Under the pieces are notes generated by a model. That model had not been told where the DNA came from and did not search any database. It saw only the letters and a program-made list of their open reading frames with translations. From Candidatus Micrarchaeota archaeon (GTDB taxonomy: Archaea > Micrarchaeota > Micrarchaeia > Anstonellales > Anstonellaceae), in assembly GCA_964650545.1 (NCBI GenBank), contig CAZYTZ010000002.1, positions 1-61,685 of the forward strand: a stretch of 61,685 bases of DNA, written 5' to 3'. A program made the position numbers and the translations under genes. Positions 44,476-54,492 of this stretch are shown here, piece after piece (within the stretch, counting starts at the first letter, position 1; each line of letters opens with the position of its first letter).

Positions 44476-45459
44476 ATGCAGGATAGTGCGCATAACTTAC
44501 CCAAGGTTTCCGTGATAATTGTCAACTGGAATGGTAAGCATTTCCTGGCGCCATGCCTTAACTCATTGAAAAAGCAAACTTTCAAGGATTTTAAAGCAAT
44601 ACTTGTGGATAATGCTTCAACGGATGGCTCGGTTGGACTAATCCGGAAAAAGTTCCCATTTGTAAAAGTTATCCAAAATGCAAAGGGCATAGGCTTTCCA
44701 GAGGCTTGCAATATAGGGATAGCTGCATCGCGCGGAAAATACGTCGTTTTGCTCAATAATGACACCGTGGCAGATGAAAAATGGCTGAAAACGCTTGTTT
44801 CTTATGCTGACCGAAGCAGCCCGTCGGTGGCTAGTTTTGCCTCTAGGCTGATGTTCCTGAAAAAGCCAGGCTTTGTCAATTCTACTGGGCTGGTAATTGC
44901 CAAAAACGGAATGGCACGCGACCGCAATTTTGGGGAGAGGGTTTGCAAGGCATCATCTTACCCCCAGGATATATTTGGGCCAAGCGCCAATGCCGCTTTG
45001 TATCGCAGGTCAACACTCGAAAAAGTCAAGGAAGGGGAAAACCAGTACATGCGCGGCGACTATTTCATTTATTACGAGGATGTTGACTTGGCCTTCAAGC
45101 TGCGTTGGGCTGGTTTTGGCTCAGAATATGTGCACGATGCCGTGGTGTTCCATCACTATACAGGGTCAACCGGCAAAACGCCCGGATTTTCTGCCTGGAA
45201 GGCACACACCAACCGCCAACGCACCATATTGAGGAATTTTACGCTCAAGATGATTTTGCAAAATCTGCACAAAATTATTTTTGCAGACGTTAAGGAAATG
45301 GCGTATGTTTTCCTGAAATGCTCGCCACTCGCGCCTTTTGAATCCAAATTCATCATACTTACCGAATTTCTCAAATGCAGAAAATGGCATAACGAAATGC
45401 GGAAACGGTTCCAAACCGATGAAAAAGCAGTAAGCAGATATTTGCAGGATTCGCTTTAA
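44476..45459 (+). CDS. Family 2 glycosyltransferase
   Basis: VSVIIVNWNGKHFLAPCLNSL, VDNASTDGS, LLNNDT. I prefer the internal ATG at 44476 because the longer ORF overlaps the uvrA start. Confidence 0.85.
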   Translation: MQDSAHNLPKVSVIIVNWNGKHFLAPCLNSLKKQTFKDFKAILVDNASTDGSVGLIRKKFPFVKVIQNAKGIGFPEACNIGIAASRGKYVVLLNNDTVADEKWLKTLVSYADRSSPSVASFASRLMFLKKPGFVNSTGLVIAKNGMARDRNFGERVCKASSYPQDIFGPSANAALYRRSTLEKVKEGENQYMRGDYFIYYEDVDLAFKLRWAGFGSEYVHDAVVFHHYTGSTGKTPGFSAWKAHTNRQRTILRNFTLKMILQNLHKIIFADVKEMAYVFLKCSPLAPFESKFIILTEFLKCRKWHNEMRKRFQTDEKAVSRYLQDSL

Positions 45460-45469
45460 CTGGCAGCAG

Positions 45470-46615
45470 GTGCAGTTTATGGATATTGTGCTGATGGACC
45501 CGTCTTTGAGTTACAAGGGCGGCGCCCAGCGCGTGATGCTGGATGTGGCAAAGAAATTCAATCCGATAATATACACCACAGAATATGACAAGAAGATTGG
45601 CTTTCCGGAATTTTCGGAATTTGACATACGCATCATAAAGCCCATTGCGCCACTCCCGTTTTTTCAAGCACTTAGCAACTACGATAGGCGCGTAATGATT
45701 TCCATAATGTCTGCCTGGCCTTTCATATCGTATAAAATAAGGGATGACTATGACATAATCAATGCCAACGTCGTCCCATCTGAATGGATAAGGGCACGCA
45801 ATGAGCGCGTCTGCTGGTGCTGCTATAGCCCAATTCGATCTGCTTTCGACAAGGCTCTTTACCAGAAAACATATGTCAATGACGCCACCTGGTTCACAGA
45901 ATTTTGCCTGGAAAATTATCTCCAGATAGAAAAAAGGATAGTCCCGAATATTGAGAGAATATATACGATCTCGCCAGTTGTGAAAGAGAGGATTTCAAGA
46001 TTCCTGAAAAGGGATGATGTCGAAATCGTTTACCCTGGCGTGGAGCCCAAGAACTATTCACTAACCGAATATAAGAAATATTTCCTGTACCCTTCTCGCA
46101 TAGTGCCTGAAAAAAGGATGGAGATGGCAATCAGGGCTTTCAAACTGTTCAAAAAGAGGGGCTGGAAGCTCATAATCGCAGGCTTTCTTTCCGATTCTGC
46201 GCGCGACAACGCATATTTTCATTTCTTGAAGAAAGAGGCCCATGGCACAGGCATAGAATTTGTCATCAGCCCGGATGACAAAAAGATGCATGGGCTTTAC
46301 TCAAACTGCTACGCTACGCTCTTTTGTGCAATTGATGAGGATTGGGGGCTGATACCACTTGAATCCATGGCATCGTTCAAGCCCTGCATATCGGTGAATG
46401 AAGGCGGCCCGATTTATTCGATTTTGGACTCAAAGACAGGTTTTCTTGTCAATAATGCCAAGGAAATGGCAGAGAGAATGCAATATCTGGCTAACAATCC
46501 AGATGTCAATGAGCATATGGGCAAGATGGGGCGAAAAAGAGTATTGGAAAATTTCACTGTGAAGAAATACCTTGATGGTGTGGAAAAAGAATTCAAAGCA
46601 ACGGCAAAGATGTAG
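45470..46615 (+). CDS. Family 4 (GT-B, group 1) glycosyltransferase
   Basis: The C-terminal half has EDWGLIPLESMASFKPCISVNEGGP, the E-x7-E type GT1 motif context. Confidence 0.85.
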   Translation: MQFMDIVLMDPSLSYKGGAQRVMLDVAKKFNPIIYTTEYDKKIGFPEFSEFDIRIIKPIAPLPFFQALSNYDRRVMISIMSAWPFISYKIRDDYDIINANVVPSEWIRARNERVCWCCYSPIRSAFDKALYQKTYVNDATWFTEFCLENYLQIEKRIVPNIERIYTISPVVKERISRFLKRDDVEIVYPGVEPKNYSLTEYKKYFLYPSRIVPEKRMEMAIRAFKLFKKRGWKLIIAGFLSDSARDNAYFHFLKKEAHGTGIEFVISPDDKKMHGLYSNCYATLFCAIDEDWGLIPLESMASFKPCISVNEGGPIYSILDSKTGFLVNNAKEMAERMQYLANNPDVNEHMGKMGRKRVLENFTVKKYLDGVEKEFKATAKM

Positions 46616-48610
46616 CTACTTCTTTTTCTTGGCGCGCGTTTTCTTTGGTTTTGCTTTCTTTGCACTATCCAATTTGCCGGAAAGCTCTGCCAATTGGTCG
46701 CGAAGCTCTATTGCGCGCTCAAAGTCAAGCGCCTCTGCGGCGCGCTGCATTTCGGCTTCCAGGTTGATGGCAAGCGCGCGAAGCTCAGAGTCGCCCATGG
46801 CGCGCTGCTTTGCGTCCTCCTCGTCATCTGCGCCCGGAGCGAGCTGCGAGGAGAGAACGGACTTGTAGATTGTTTTTGGCGTGATGTTGTGCTTGCGGTT
46901 GAACTCTTCCTGAACTGCGCGGCGGCGCGAAGTCTCTGCAACTGCGCGCTTGATGGCGTCGGTCTCCTTGTCGCAGTAGAGTATGGCAACGCTGGCTGCG
47001 TTGCGCGCGGCTCTCCCCATGGTCTGTATGAGGGAGGTTTCATTGCGCAGGAAGCCCTGCTTGTCAGCGTCAAGTATTGCCACAAGCGATACTTCCGGGA
47101 TGTCAAGCCCTTCGCGAAGAAGGTTGATGCCCACAAGGCAGTCGAATTCGCCCAAGCGGAGCTTTCTGATGATTTCAGTGCGCTGTATTGTTTCGATTTC
47201 CGAGTGCAGGTAGCGCACTTTCACGCCCTTTTGCGTAAGGTAGTCGGTCAAGTCCTCTGCCATCCTCTTGGTGAGCGTGGTGACAAGCGTACGCTCCTTC
47301 TTTGCTGCACGCGCCTGTATTTCGCGCATCAGGTCCTCTATCTGCCCCTCTGTCTTGCGTATGGAAACCTGGGGGTCCAGCAGGCCAGTGGGACGAACAA
47401 GCTGCTCCACAATTTGCGCGGAAGTGTTGCGCTCGTACTCTGATGGCGTTGCTGAAACGAAAATCACGTTTTTCATGTGAGTTTCAAATTCCTCGAACTT
47501 GAGGGGGCGGTTGTCGTACGCGCAGGGAAGCCTGAAGCCGTAGTCTATCAGGTTTTTCTTGCGCGTGCGGTCGCCATGGTACATCCCATGCAGCTGGGGA
47601 AGCGTTACGTGCGACTCGTCAATCACAACTAGCGCGTCATCAGGCAGGAAGTCCATGAGCGTGTAGGGTGGCTTGCCAGGCTTCCTGCCGTCAAAGTGGC
47701 GCGAGTAGTTCTCAATGCCCTTGCAGTAGCCCAGCTCTTCAATTAGCTCCAAATCGTAGTTGGTGCGCTGTTTGAGGCGGTAGGCTTCCATCTGCGGCAG
47801 GTCGGGAAGGCGCGCCTCAAGTTCGGAGCGAATCCCGCGCAGCGCGCGCTCCTTGGCGCTTTTCGGCACAATGTAGTGCTTGGCAGGAAAGATGCGAACC
47901 TCTGGAAGCTCTTCAAGCTTGGCGCAGCTTATGGGCTCGCAGATAAGGATTTTGCCTATTTTGTCGCCGTCAAGCACCAAGCGGATGATTTCCTGCTGGT
48001 AGCCAGGCACAATGTCGATTGTGTCGCCCTTTGCGCGGAAGATGCCGGGCTTCAAGTCGATTTCATTTCTTTCGTACTGTATGGCAATGAGCGAGGAGAG
48101 AAGAGTTGAGCGGTCCACCGGCTCGCCCTTCCTTATGTCCACAGACATTTCCAGCCATTCCTTTGGCGAGCCTAAGCCATAGATGCAGGAAACAGTGGAA
48201 ACTATGATTGCGGGGCCGGGGGAGAGAAGGTAGGCGGTTGACTGGAGCCGCAATCGCTCGATTTTCTCGTTTATCTGCGCGTCTTTCTCAATGTAGGTGT
48301 CTGTCTGCGGGATGTAGCTCTCAGGCTGGTAGTAGTCGTAGTACGAAACAAAGTAGCCCACCTTGTTTTTAGGGAAGAATTGGCGGAACTCTGAGTAAAG
48401 CTGCGCTGCAAGCGTCTTGTTGTGGGAGATTACTAGTGCGGTTCGGCCTGTACGCGCCACCAAATTCGCAATGGTGAATGTTTTGCCGCTTCCCGTCACG
48501 CCAAGCAATGTTTGCTTGCCGCCTTTCTTCACCCCTTTAGCCAGCGCGTCCACTGCCTGCGGCTGGTCGCCGGAAAGCGAAAATGGCGCGGCTAGCTTGT
48601 AATTGTCCAT
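46616..48610 (-). CDS. uvrB: Excinuclease ABC subunit B
   Basis: GDQPQAV, GVTGSGKTFT, DESH, helicase motifs, and the C-terminal UVR domain (AAEALDFERAIELRDQL). Confidence 0.97.
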   Translation of the reverse strand: MDNYKLAAPFSLSGDQPQAVDALAKGVKKGGKQTLLGVTGSGKTFTIANLVARTGRTALVISHNKTLAAQLYSEFRQFFPKNKVGYFVSYYDYYQPESYIPQTDTYIEKDAQINEKIERLRLQSTAYLLSPGPAIIVSTVSCIYGLGSPKEWLEMSVDIRKGEPVDRSTLLSSLIAIQYERNEIDLKPGIFRAKGDTIDIVPGYQQEIIRLVLDGDKIGKILICEPISCAKLEELPEVRIFPAKHYIVPKSAKERALRGIRSELEARLPDLPQMEAYRLKQRTNYDLELIEELGYCKGIENYSRHFDGRKPGKPPYTLMDFLPDDALVVIDESHVTLPQLHGMYHGDRTRKKNLIDYGFRLPCAYDNRPLKFEEFETHMKNVIFVSATPSEYERNTSAQIVEQLVRPTGLLDPQVSIRKTEGQIEDLMREIQARAAKKERTLVTTLTKRMAEDLTDYLTQKGVKVRYLHSEIETIQRTEIIRKLRLGEFDCLVGINLLREGLDIPEVSLVAILDADKQGFLRNETSLIQTMGRAARNAASVAILYCDKETDAIKRAVAETSRRRAVQEEFNRKHNITPKTIYKSVLSSQLAPGADDEEDAKQRAMGDSELRALAINLEAEMQRAAEALDFERAIELRDQLAELSGKLDSAKKAKPKKTRAKKKK

Positions 48611-48815
48611 CCAAGAACCACTTAGATATCCTCTATTCTGTGCAGGCGTGCCTTCCCTGCCTTGACTTTGCGGTATTCTGCTTCGGCATCCCTGAACATG
48701 AGTTCCTCTATAATTTCTTCCTTTTTGCTAAGTTTTTTCATAACGCCCATAATGACGTTGCTCCCTTGTTTTTATAATGGTATTCTCCCTAATTCGGTGC
48801 GGAGAGGATGATAAT

Positions 48816-49943
48816 ATGGCAGATGAAAATTTTCCTCAGAAAAATTTTCAGAAATTCAGCGCGCCGCTGAATTCAGAAGGCAAAATGCACATGCTTACGC
48901 CTGGTCCTGTGGAGCTTGCCGATCCAATCAGGCTTGCCCAGAGCCAGCCAATGATATACCACAGGGGACCGGAAATAAAGGAGCTGATTAAGGGGATTGT
49001 AACTGCGATGAAAAAAGACTTCAACGCGGACCACGTGTTTTTGGTGACCGGCTCTGGCAGCGCTGGGCTGGAAATGGGATGGGCGTGCCTCACAAAGCCT
49101 ACTGACAAGGCGCTTGTCCTTACCAATGGCACGTTTGGCGACAAATTGGCTGCGTGCGCGAAAATCTACTGCAAGGAAGTGCAGGTGGAAACGCAGCCGC
49201 TTGGCAAGGGATGGTCGCTTGAGAGGGCAAAGGAGCTTATAGACAAGTCAGGCGCGCAGATTTTCAGCATGGTTTACAACGAGACGAGCACGGGCGTGCT
49301 GAACAATGCAAAGGAGATTTGCAATTACGCGAAAAGCAAGGGAATGGTGACCATTCTTGATGCTGTTTCTGCGTGGGCGTCAGCGCCTTTGGACATCAAG
49401 GCATTTGGCGTGGATTTCACGGCCACAGGCTCGCAAAAGGCGATTGGCGCTGCGCCTGGCATGGCAATAGTTGCCTGCACGGATGAGGCATTGAAAAGGG
49501 CGGAAGAAATACCTGCTCGCTCCTTCTACCTTGACATGAAGAAGTTCAAGAAGAACATGGACACCTTCCAGACGCCCACCACGCCAGCCGTGTCTGTGCT
49601 TTACTCAATGAAAGCGGCAATTGACTACATCAACGAGCGCGGCGGATTTGATGCGCACAGGGAAAAGCATGTAAAAGCGGCGGAGAAGGCAAGGAAGTTT
49701 GTGGAGAGCATTGGCTACCAGGTGTTTGCAGAGCCTGGCTTTTACTCGCCGTCCATCACGGGCTTTGTGATGGAGGATGCGGACGGCTTTAGGAAAAAGT
49801 TGCGCGAGAATCACAATTTGGTGACTGCGCGCGACTTTGGCGAGCTGAAGGGAAAATTCTTCAGGATTTGCCATTTGGGCAATTTCGACGATGCGCATCT
49901 TGACTATGCGTTTGATGCAATAAGGAAGGAACTGGGAAAGTGA
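48816..49943 (+). CDS. Class V aminotransferase (AGXT / archaeal phosphoserine aminotransferase-like)
   Basis: LTPGPVEL N-terminus and ...ATGSQKAIGAAPG (PLP-Lys context). The ATG at 48816 lies 8 nt after GGAGAGG. The track ORF starts at 48777. Confidence 0.85.
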   Translation: MADENFPQKNFQKFSAPLNSEGKMHMLTPGPVELADPIRLAQSQPMIYHRGPEIKELIKGIVTAMKKDFNADHVFLVTGSGSAGLEMGWACLTKPTDKALVLTNGTFGDKLAACAKIYCKEVQVETQPLGKGWSLERAKELIDKSGAQIFSMVYNETSTGVLNNAKEICNYAKSKGMVTILDAVSAWASAPLDIKAFGVDFTATGSQKAIGAAPGMAIVACTDEALKRAEEIPARSFYLDMKKFKKNMDTFQTPTTPAVSVLYSMKAAIDYINERGGFDAHREKHVKAAEKARKFVESIGYQVFAEPGFYSPSITGFVMEDADGFRKKLRENHNLVTARDFGELKGKFFRICHLGNFDDAHLDYAFDAIRKELGK

Positions 49944-50035
49944 GATGCAGGAAGGGCTGAAGAAGAGGATATCATGAAAATCCAGAAGAGTTGCGCTCTT
50001 CTGTCTTTTCACTCGCAAATGAAGAATGGAGGTAG

Positions 50036-50917
50036 TTGCTCGTGAAAATTGTGATTGCAGACAGGATGGAGCCTGAAGTGGTGGCGGAAATATCAAAGCT
50101 TGGCGAAACGGCTGTGACGCCCGCCGACCTGAAGGCTGCGCTTGCAGATGCTGATGCGCTTATTGTTCGCAGTGCAACAAAAGTGACTGAGGAGCTGCTT
50201 GCTTCGGCGCCCAAGCTCAAGCTTGTGGCGCGCGCAGGAGTCGGCATTGACAACATTGACCAGGAGGCGTGCAAAAAACGCGGAATAAAAGTGGTGAACA
50301 CGCCTGCAGCTTCCACCAACTCGGTTGCAGAGCTTGCGCTTGGCATGATGTTTGCGGTTTGCCGCAAGCTTCCAAAGGCTGATGCCAGCATGAAAGGGAA
50401 GCAGTGGCTGAAAAAAGAGCTTACAGGCACTGAGCTTATGGGCAAGGTGCTGGGGATTGTGGGCATGGGAAGGATTGGCTCATCGCTTGCTGCAAAGGCG
50501 TCTGCGCTGGGCATGGAAATTGTTTATTTTGACCCGCGCAGCAGCGAAGGCGTTGGCAAAAGCGTGCCGCTTGACGAGCTGTTCGCAAAGTCGGACTATA
50601 TTTCTCTTCATGTGCCGCTTACGCCAGATACAACAGGCATTATAGGCAATGAAAATATTGCAAAGATGAAGAAGAACGCAGTAGTTGTGAATACTGCGCG
50701 CGGCGGCCTTGTTGATGAGGAGGCGCTATACAGTGCGCTGAAGGAAGGAAGAATTGGAGGCGCTGCGCTGGATGTTTACCCGTCAGAGCCATACAGCGGC
50801 AAGCTGTGCGGGCTTGAGAACGTGATGCTCACTCCGCACATTGCAGGAAGCACAAAAGAGGCGCAGGCAAGAATCGGGCAGGAACTGGTCGCGAAGCTTC
50901 GCGAGGAGTTGGGTTGA
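50036..50917 (+). CDS. serA: D-3-phosphoglycerate dehydrogenase-like 2-hydroxyacid dehydrogenase (short form, no ACT domain)
   Basis: GIVGMGRIGSSLA (NAD fold), NTARGGLVDE and TPHIAGST. The start is TTG 50036 or, better spaced from GGAGGT, GTG 50042. Confidence 0.8.
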   Translation: MLVKIVIADRMEPEVVAEISKLGETAVTPADLKAALADADALIVRSATKVTEELLASAPKLKLVARAGVGIDNIDQEACKKRGIKVVNTPAASTNSVAELALGMMFAVCRKLPKADASMKGKQWLKKELTGTELMGKVLGIVGMGRIGSSLAAKASALGMEIVYFDPRSSEGVGKSVPLDELFAKSDYISLHVPLTPDTTGIIGNENIAKMKKNAVVVNTARGGLVDEEALYSALKEGRIGGAALDVYPSEPYSGKLCGLENVMLTPHIAGSTKEAQARIGQELVAKLREELG

Positions 50918-52174
50918 ATGCTGTCACTTAAGCTTATCCGCGAGGACCCGTCAATTCTGGAGGATTCGCTCAGGAAGCGCGGAGCAGACACTGCGCCTGC
51001 TGCCGAGCTTATGGCGCTTGACAAGAAATGGCGCGTTTTGAAAAACGAGGCTGACAACCTGAAAGCCGAGAGGAATGCGGCGTCGTCAAAGATTGCCGAG
51101 GCTAAAAAGAAAGGCGAGAGTGTGGACAAAATACTTGCAACTACGAAAAAGCTCGCAACGGACATTTCCGCTGCGGATGAAAAGGCAAATGCGCTTGAGG
51201 CGCAGATGAATGGAATATTGATGACGGTTGCAAACATCCCTGACAAGAGCGTGCCGGTTGGCAAGGATGAGGCGAGCAACCCTGAAGTGAGAAAGTGGGG
51301 CACCCCTAAAAAGACAAGCAAGGACTCCAAGCCACACTACGAGGTGTCTGAAAAGCTCATTGACTTTGAGCGCGGCTCAAAAATATCTGGCCATAGGTTT
51401 GTTTTCCTGAAAGGGCTTGCGGCTCGCTTGGAGCGCTCGCTCATAAACTTCATGCTTGACCTTCAGGCAATGAACGGCTACACTGAGCTCTTGCCCCCAT
51501 TCATGGTGACCACGAAAACAATGACCGGCACCGGGCAGCTGCCGAAATTCGCCGAGGAGCTTTATAAGTGCGAGAACGAGGATCTGTGGCTGATTCCGAC
51601 TGCAGAAGTGCCTGTCACCAACCTTTTTTCAGGTGAAATATTGAAAGAAGAGCAGCTCCCCATGTCGTTCTGCGCCTATTCCGCGTGCTTCAGGCGCGAG
51701 GCAGGCTCGTACCAAAAAGACATCAAGGGAATAATGCGCCAGCATCAGTTCAACAAGGTGGAGCTGGTGAAATTCACCACGCCGGAAGAGTCGTACAGCG
51801 AGCTTGAGAAGCTCACGAAAGATGCTGAGTCAGTGCTGAAGAAGCTTGAGCTGCCTTACAGGGTAATTGAGCTTTGCACGGGTGATTTGGGATTTGCGTC
51901 CGCAAAGACGTATGACTTGGAAGTGTGGCTGCCATCGCAGGACAAGTACCGCGAGATTTCATCCTGCTCGAATTGCACTGATTTCCAGTCAAGGCGCGCG
52001 AACATCCGCTTCCGCAGGGGCGGCAAGATGGAATACGTTCACACGCTCAACGGCAGCGGCATTGCCGTTGGCAGGACAATGATTGCCATAATGGAGAATT
52101 TCCAGGATGAGAACGGCTTTGACGTGCCAAAGGCCTTGCGCGACTACATGCGCTGCGACAGAGTTGACTTCTAG
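50918..52174 (+). CDS. serS: Seryl-tRNA synthetase
   Basis: An N-terminal coiled-coil arm, then class II motifs (FRREAGS..., GSGIAVGRT). It starts directly after the serA stop. Confidence 0.95.
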   Translation: MLSLKLIREDPSILEDSLRKRGADTAPAAELMALDKKWRVLKNEADNLKAERNAASSKIAEAKKKGESVDKILATTKKLATDISAADEKANALEAQMNGILMTVANIPDKSVPVGKDEASNPEVRKWGTPKKTSKDSKPHYEVSEKLIDFERGSKISGHRFVFLKGLAARLERSLINFMLDLQAMNGYTELLPPFMVTTKTMTGTGQLPKFAEELYKCENEDLWLIPTAEVPVTNLFSGEILKEEQLPMSFCAYSACFRREAGSYQKDIKGIMRQHQFNKVELVKFTTPEESYSELEKLTKDAESVLKKLELPYRVIELCTGDLGFASAKTYDLEVWLPSQDKYREISSCSNCTDFQSRRANIRFRRGGKMEYVHTLNGSGIAVGRTMIAIMENFQDENGFDVPKALRDYMRCDRVDF

Positions 52175-53313
52175 CCCTCTGCAACCTCTTTTTCGATCCG
52201 TTCTTTTACTTCGGCAAGGAATTTGCTGTTTCCCTCAAGGAGCATCTCAAAGACGTGCTCGGGGTCGCCAAGCGTGAAATTCGCTTCCTTCAGCTTCTTG
52301 CGCAATATTTCCATGCCCTGCTGGCGTGCCGAGAGCTTTTTCTCGCGCGAAAGCTTGATTTGCGCGATTCTCTCTTTCAGGCTCTCGGAGTTCATGCTGT
52401 TGTCAATGAAAACATTGTCGCCAAGCGCAGGAAGGGAAAGGTCTGCCGTGCCAAAGCCCGGCGCAAGCGTGCCTTTCACCACTATTTTTACCAGTGAATC
52501 AGGCGCGCCGGCAAGAAGGCGGCGCGCTTCTGCCTCCACTTTTGCGCGTATTTCATCAGGCTTTGCCGCCTCGAATGTGAGGATGCTGTGGAAGAGCTGG
52601 CGCGAGGCAATTGGCTTGAATTCGGCCTTGCGCGCAACAGTGTCGTAGAGCAGCCAGCCGCGCTTTCCAGCCTCGTCCTCGCGAAGTTGCGTCACCACTG
52701 TGCTTCCGGGGTTTATCACCTTGCCTGAAAGCGTTGGCTTGTGAATGTGGCCGCATAAATAGAGGTCATAGCCTGCGGGAAGGTCGTCAAACGTAATGAA
52801 AATGTCATTTCCGGAGATGTCAAACTCCTGGAAGGACTGGTGGACAACGAAAATGTTGAATGCGCCATGTTGGGGCTTGCAGGTGATCTGCGAAAGCGCA
52901 TCCTTGGCATAGTCCTCAGGCACGCTTCCCATGCCTGAAATTGCGACTTTTTCGCCCTTGTGCTCATGCAGCACCGTTGTGTTGTGGAAAAGGGTGAGAA
53001 GGCCCGAGTGGGCGAGAAGCTCTGTTGGGTGCACAAATCCCTTGGCGCGCCTGTCGTGGTTGCCGTGGATTGCGTAAATTGGAACCCCTTCCATGCCGCG
53101 CGAGCGGAAAATGGCAAGCGCCTCGCGCAATATGCCCGTCACCTCTGAAAGAGTTTCCATGCGGGGAAGCGAGACGTCGAAGTTGTCCCCGCCCAAAATG
53201 AGCAGGTCTGCCTCGCGCGCGGCTGACAGGATGGCCTCTTTCCCCTGCTTGTAGGCGTCTTGCTCAAAGCGGCGGTAGCCAAAATGCGTATCTGTCACAA
53301 ATGCAACGCGCAT
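52171..53313 (-). CDS. mre11: Mre11/SbcD-type metallophosphoesterase nuclease
   Basis: FVTDTHFG, GGDNFD, IHGNHD and CGHIH motifs. Confidence 0.8.
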   Translation of the reverse strand: MRVAFVTDTHFGYRRFEQDAYKQGKEAILSAAREADLLILGGDNFDVSLPRMETLSEVTGILREALAIFRSRGMEGVPIYAIHGNHDRRAKGFVHPTELLAHSGLLTLFHNTTVLHEHKGEKVAISGMGSVPEDYAKDALSQITCKPQHGAFNIFVVHQSFQEFDISGNDIFITFDDLPAGYDLYLCGHIHKPTLSGKVINPGSTVVTQLREDEAGKRGWLLYDTVARKAEFKPIASRQLFHSILTFEAAKPDEIRAKVEAEARRLLAGAPDSLVKIVVKGTLAPGFGTADLSLPALGDNVFIDNSMNSESLKERIAQIKLSREKKLSARQQGMEILRKKLKEANFTLGDPEHVFEMLLEGNSKFLAEVKERIEKEVAEG

Positions 53314-53465
53314 AAGTGGAATTTGGGCATGAAAGCTTTATAAAAAGAGAAATCCATAGGGGCATTATGATTGACAGGCTGATATTTTCGGGCGTGATGA
53401 TCATCGCCGTGATTGTCGTCGTCTATCTTCTCTCGCGCTAGTTCAATCCCTCGAGGTTGGCAAAA

Positions 53466-53512
53466 AGTTTATAAACTCTTCTATTTATAACGAGGTCACA
53501 ACTTTTTAAAAT
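53466..53512 (+). promoter_or_regulatory. AT-rich promoter region with several TATA-like boxes upstream of tfb
   Basis: tttataaa (53468-53475), tttataa (53484-53490) and ttttaaaa (53504-53511). GAGGTG lies 5 nt before the ATG at 53552. Confidence 0.4.
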
Positions 53513-53551
53513 GTAACTATCTGCGATACTAGTGGGATTAGAGGTGGGAGA

Positions 53552-54460
53552 ATGGCTATTGAAAAATGCCCCGAATGCAGCAGCGCAAGGCTTACGCGCG
53601 ACTATGAAAAGGGCGAGATTGTGTGCTCGAACTGCGGCTTGATAATTGCCGAGAACCTCGAGGACCCTCGCCCTGAGTGGCGTGCGTTTGACGCAGAGCA
53701 GCGCGAGAAGCGCGCACGCGGCGGAGCGCCCATCAAGTACATGCGCCCAAACAAGGGGCTTGTCACCGAGATTGACCAGTACAACCGCGACATCCGCGGG
53801 GCTAAAATTTCCCCCAAGAAGCAGGCGCAGCTCTACAGAATGAGGAAGTGGCACAAGAGGGCATCCATTGCCTCGTCAATGGAGAGGAACCTTGCCATTG
53901 CGCTTTCCGAGCTTGACAGGATTGCGTCCTATCTGGGCTTGCCGGACTCCATACGCGAGTCTGCAGCGCTCCTTTACAGGAAGTGCATCAAGGCTGAGCT
54001 CATCCGCGGAAGGCTGATTGAGTCGGTTGTGTCAGCGGTGATTTACGCGACCTGCAGGATGCAGGGAATACCGAGGACACTGGACGAGATTTCGCGCGTT
54101 TCAGGCATTGAGAAGAAGGAAATCGGCAGGGCATACCGCTTTGTGAGGCGCGAGCTTGACATCGACGTGCCGCTCACCGACCCAGCGCACTATGTGCCCA
54201 AGTTCACGGCAGCCCTCAAGCTGTCTGGGCATGTGCAGGAGAGGGCGATTTCACTTCTGAAGAAGGCGATTGCCAAGGGGCTTATCTCTGGGCGCGGGCC
54301 AACAGGCGTTGCCGCAGCAGCCGTCTACATCGCATCTGCAATGTACGGCGAAAGGCGCACGCAGAAGGAAGTGGCTGATGTCGCAGGCGTGACGGAAGTG
54401 ACAATCAGGAACCGCTACCGCGAGCTCAAAAAAGAACTCAATCTGAAAGTGACACTGTGA
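53552..54460 (+). CDS. tfb: Transcription initiation factor IIB (TFB)
   Basis: An N-terminal Zn-ribbon (CPECSS...CSNCG), a B-reader/linker, and two cyclin-fold repeats. Confidence 0.95.
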   Translation: MAIEKCPECSSARLTRDYEKGEIVCSNCGLIIAENLEDPRPEWRAFDAEQREKRARGGAPIKYMRPNKGLVTEIDQYNRDIRGAKISPKKQAQLYRMRKWHKRASIASSMERNLAIALSELDRIASYLGLPDSIRESAALLYRKCIKAELIRGRLIESVVSAVIYATCRMQGIPRTLDEISRVSGIEKKEIGRAYRFVRRELDIDVPLTDPAHYVPKFTAALKLSGHVQERAISLLKKAIAKGLISGRGPTGVAAAAVYIASAMYGERRTQKEVADVAGVTEVTIRNRYRELKKELNLKVTL

Positions 54461-54492
54461 GTTCTTTTTCTCGCCAACTGCTGCGGCAGTTG

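Noticed and set aside
53367-53441. 24-aa hydrophobic mini-ORF (MIDRLIFSGVMIIAVIVVVYLLSR) upstream of tfb
   Set aside because: It is plausible as a single-TM peptide, but it is too short to distinguish from chance and no SD or conservation evidence is available.
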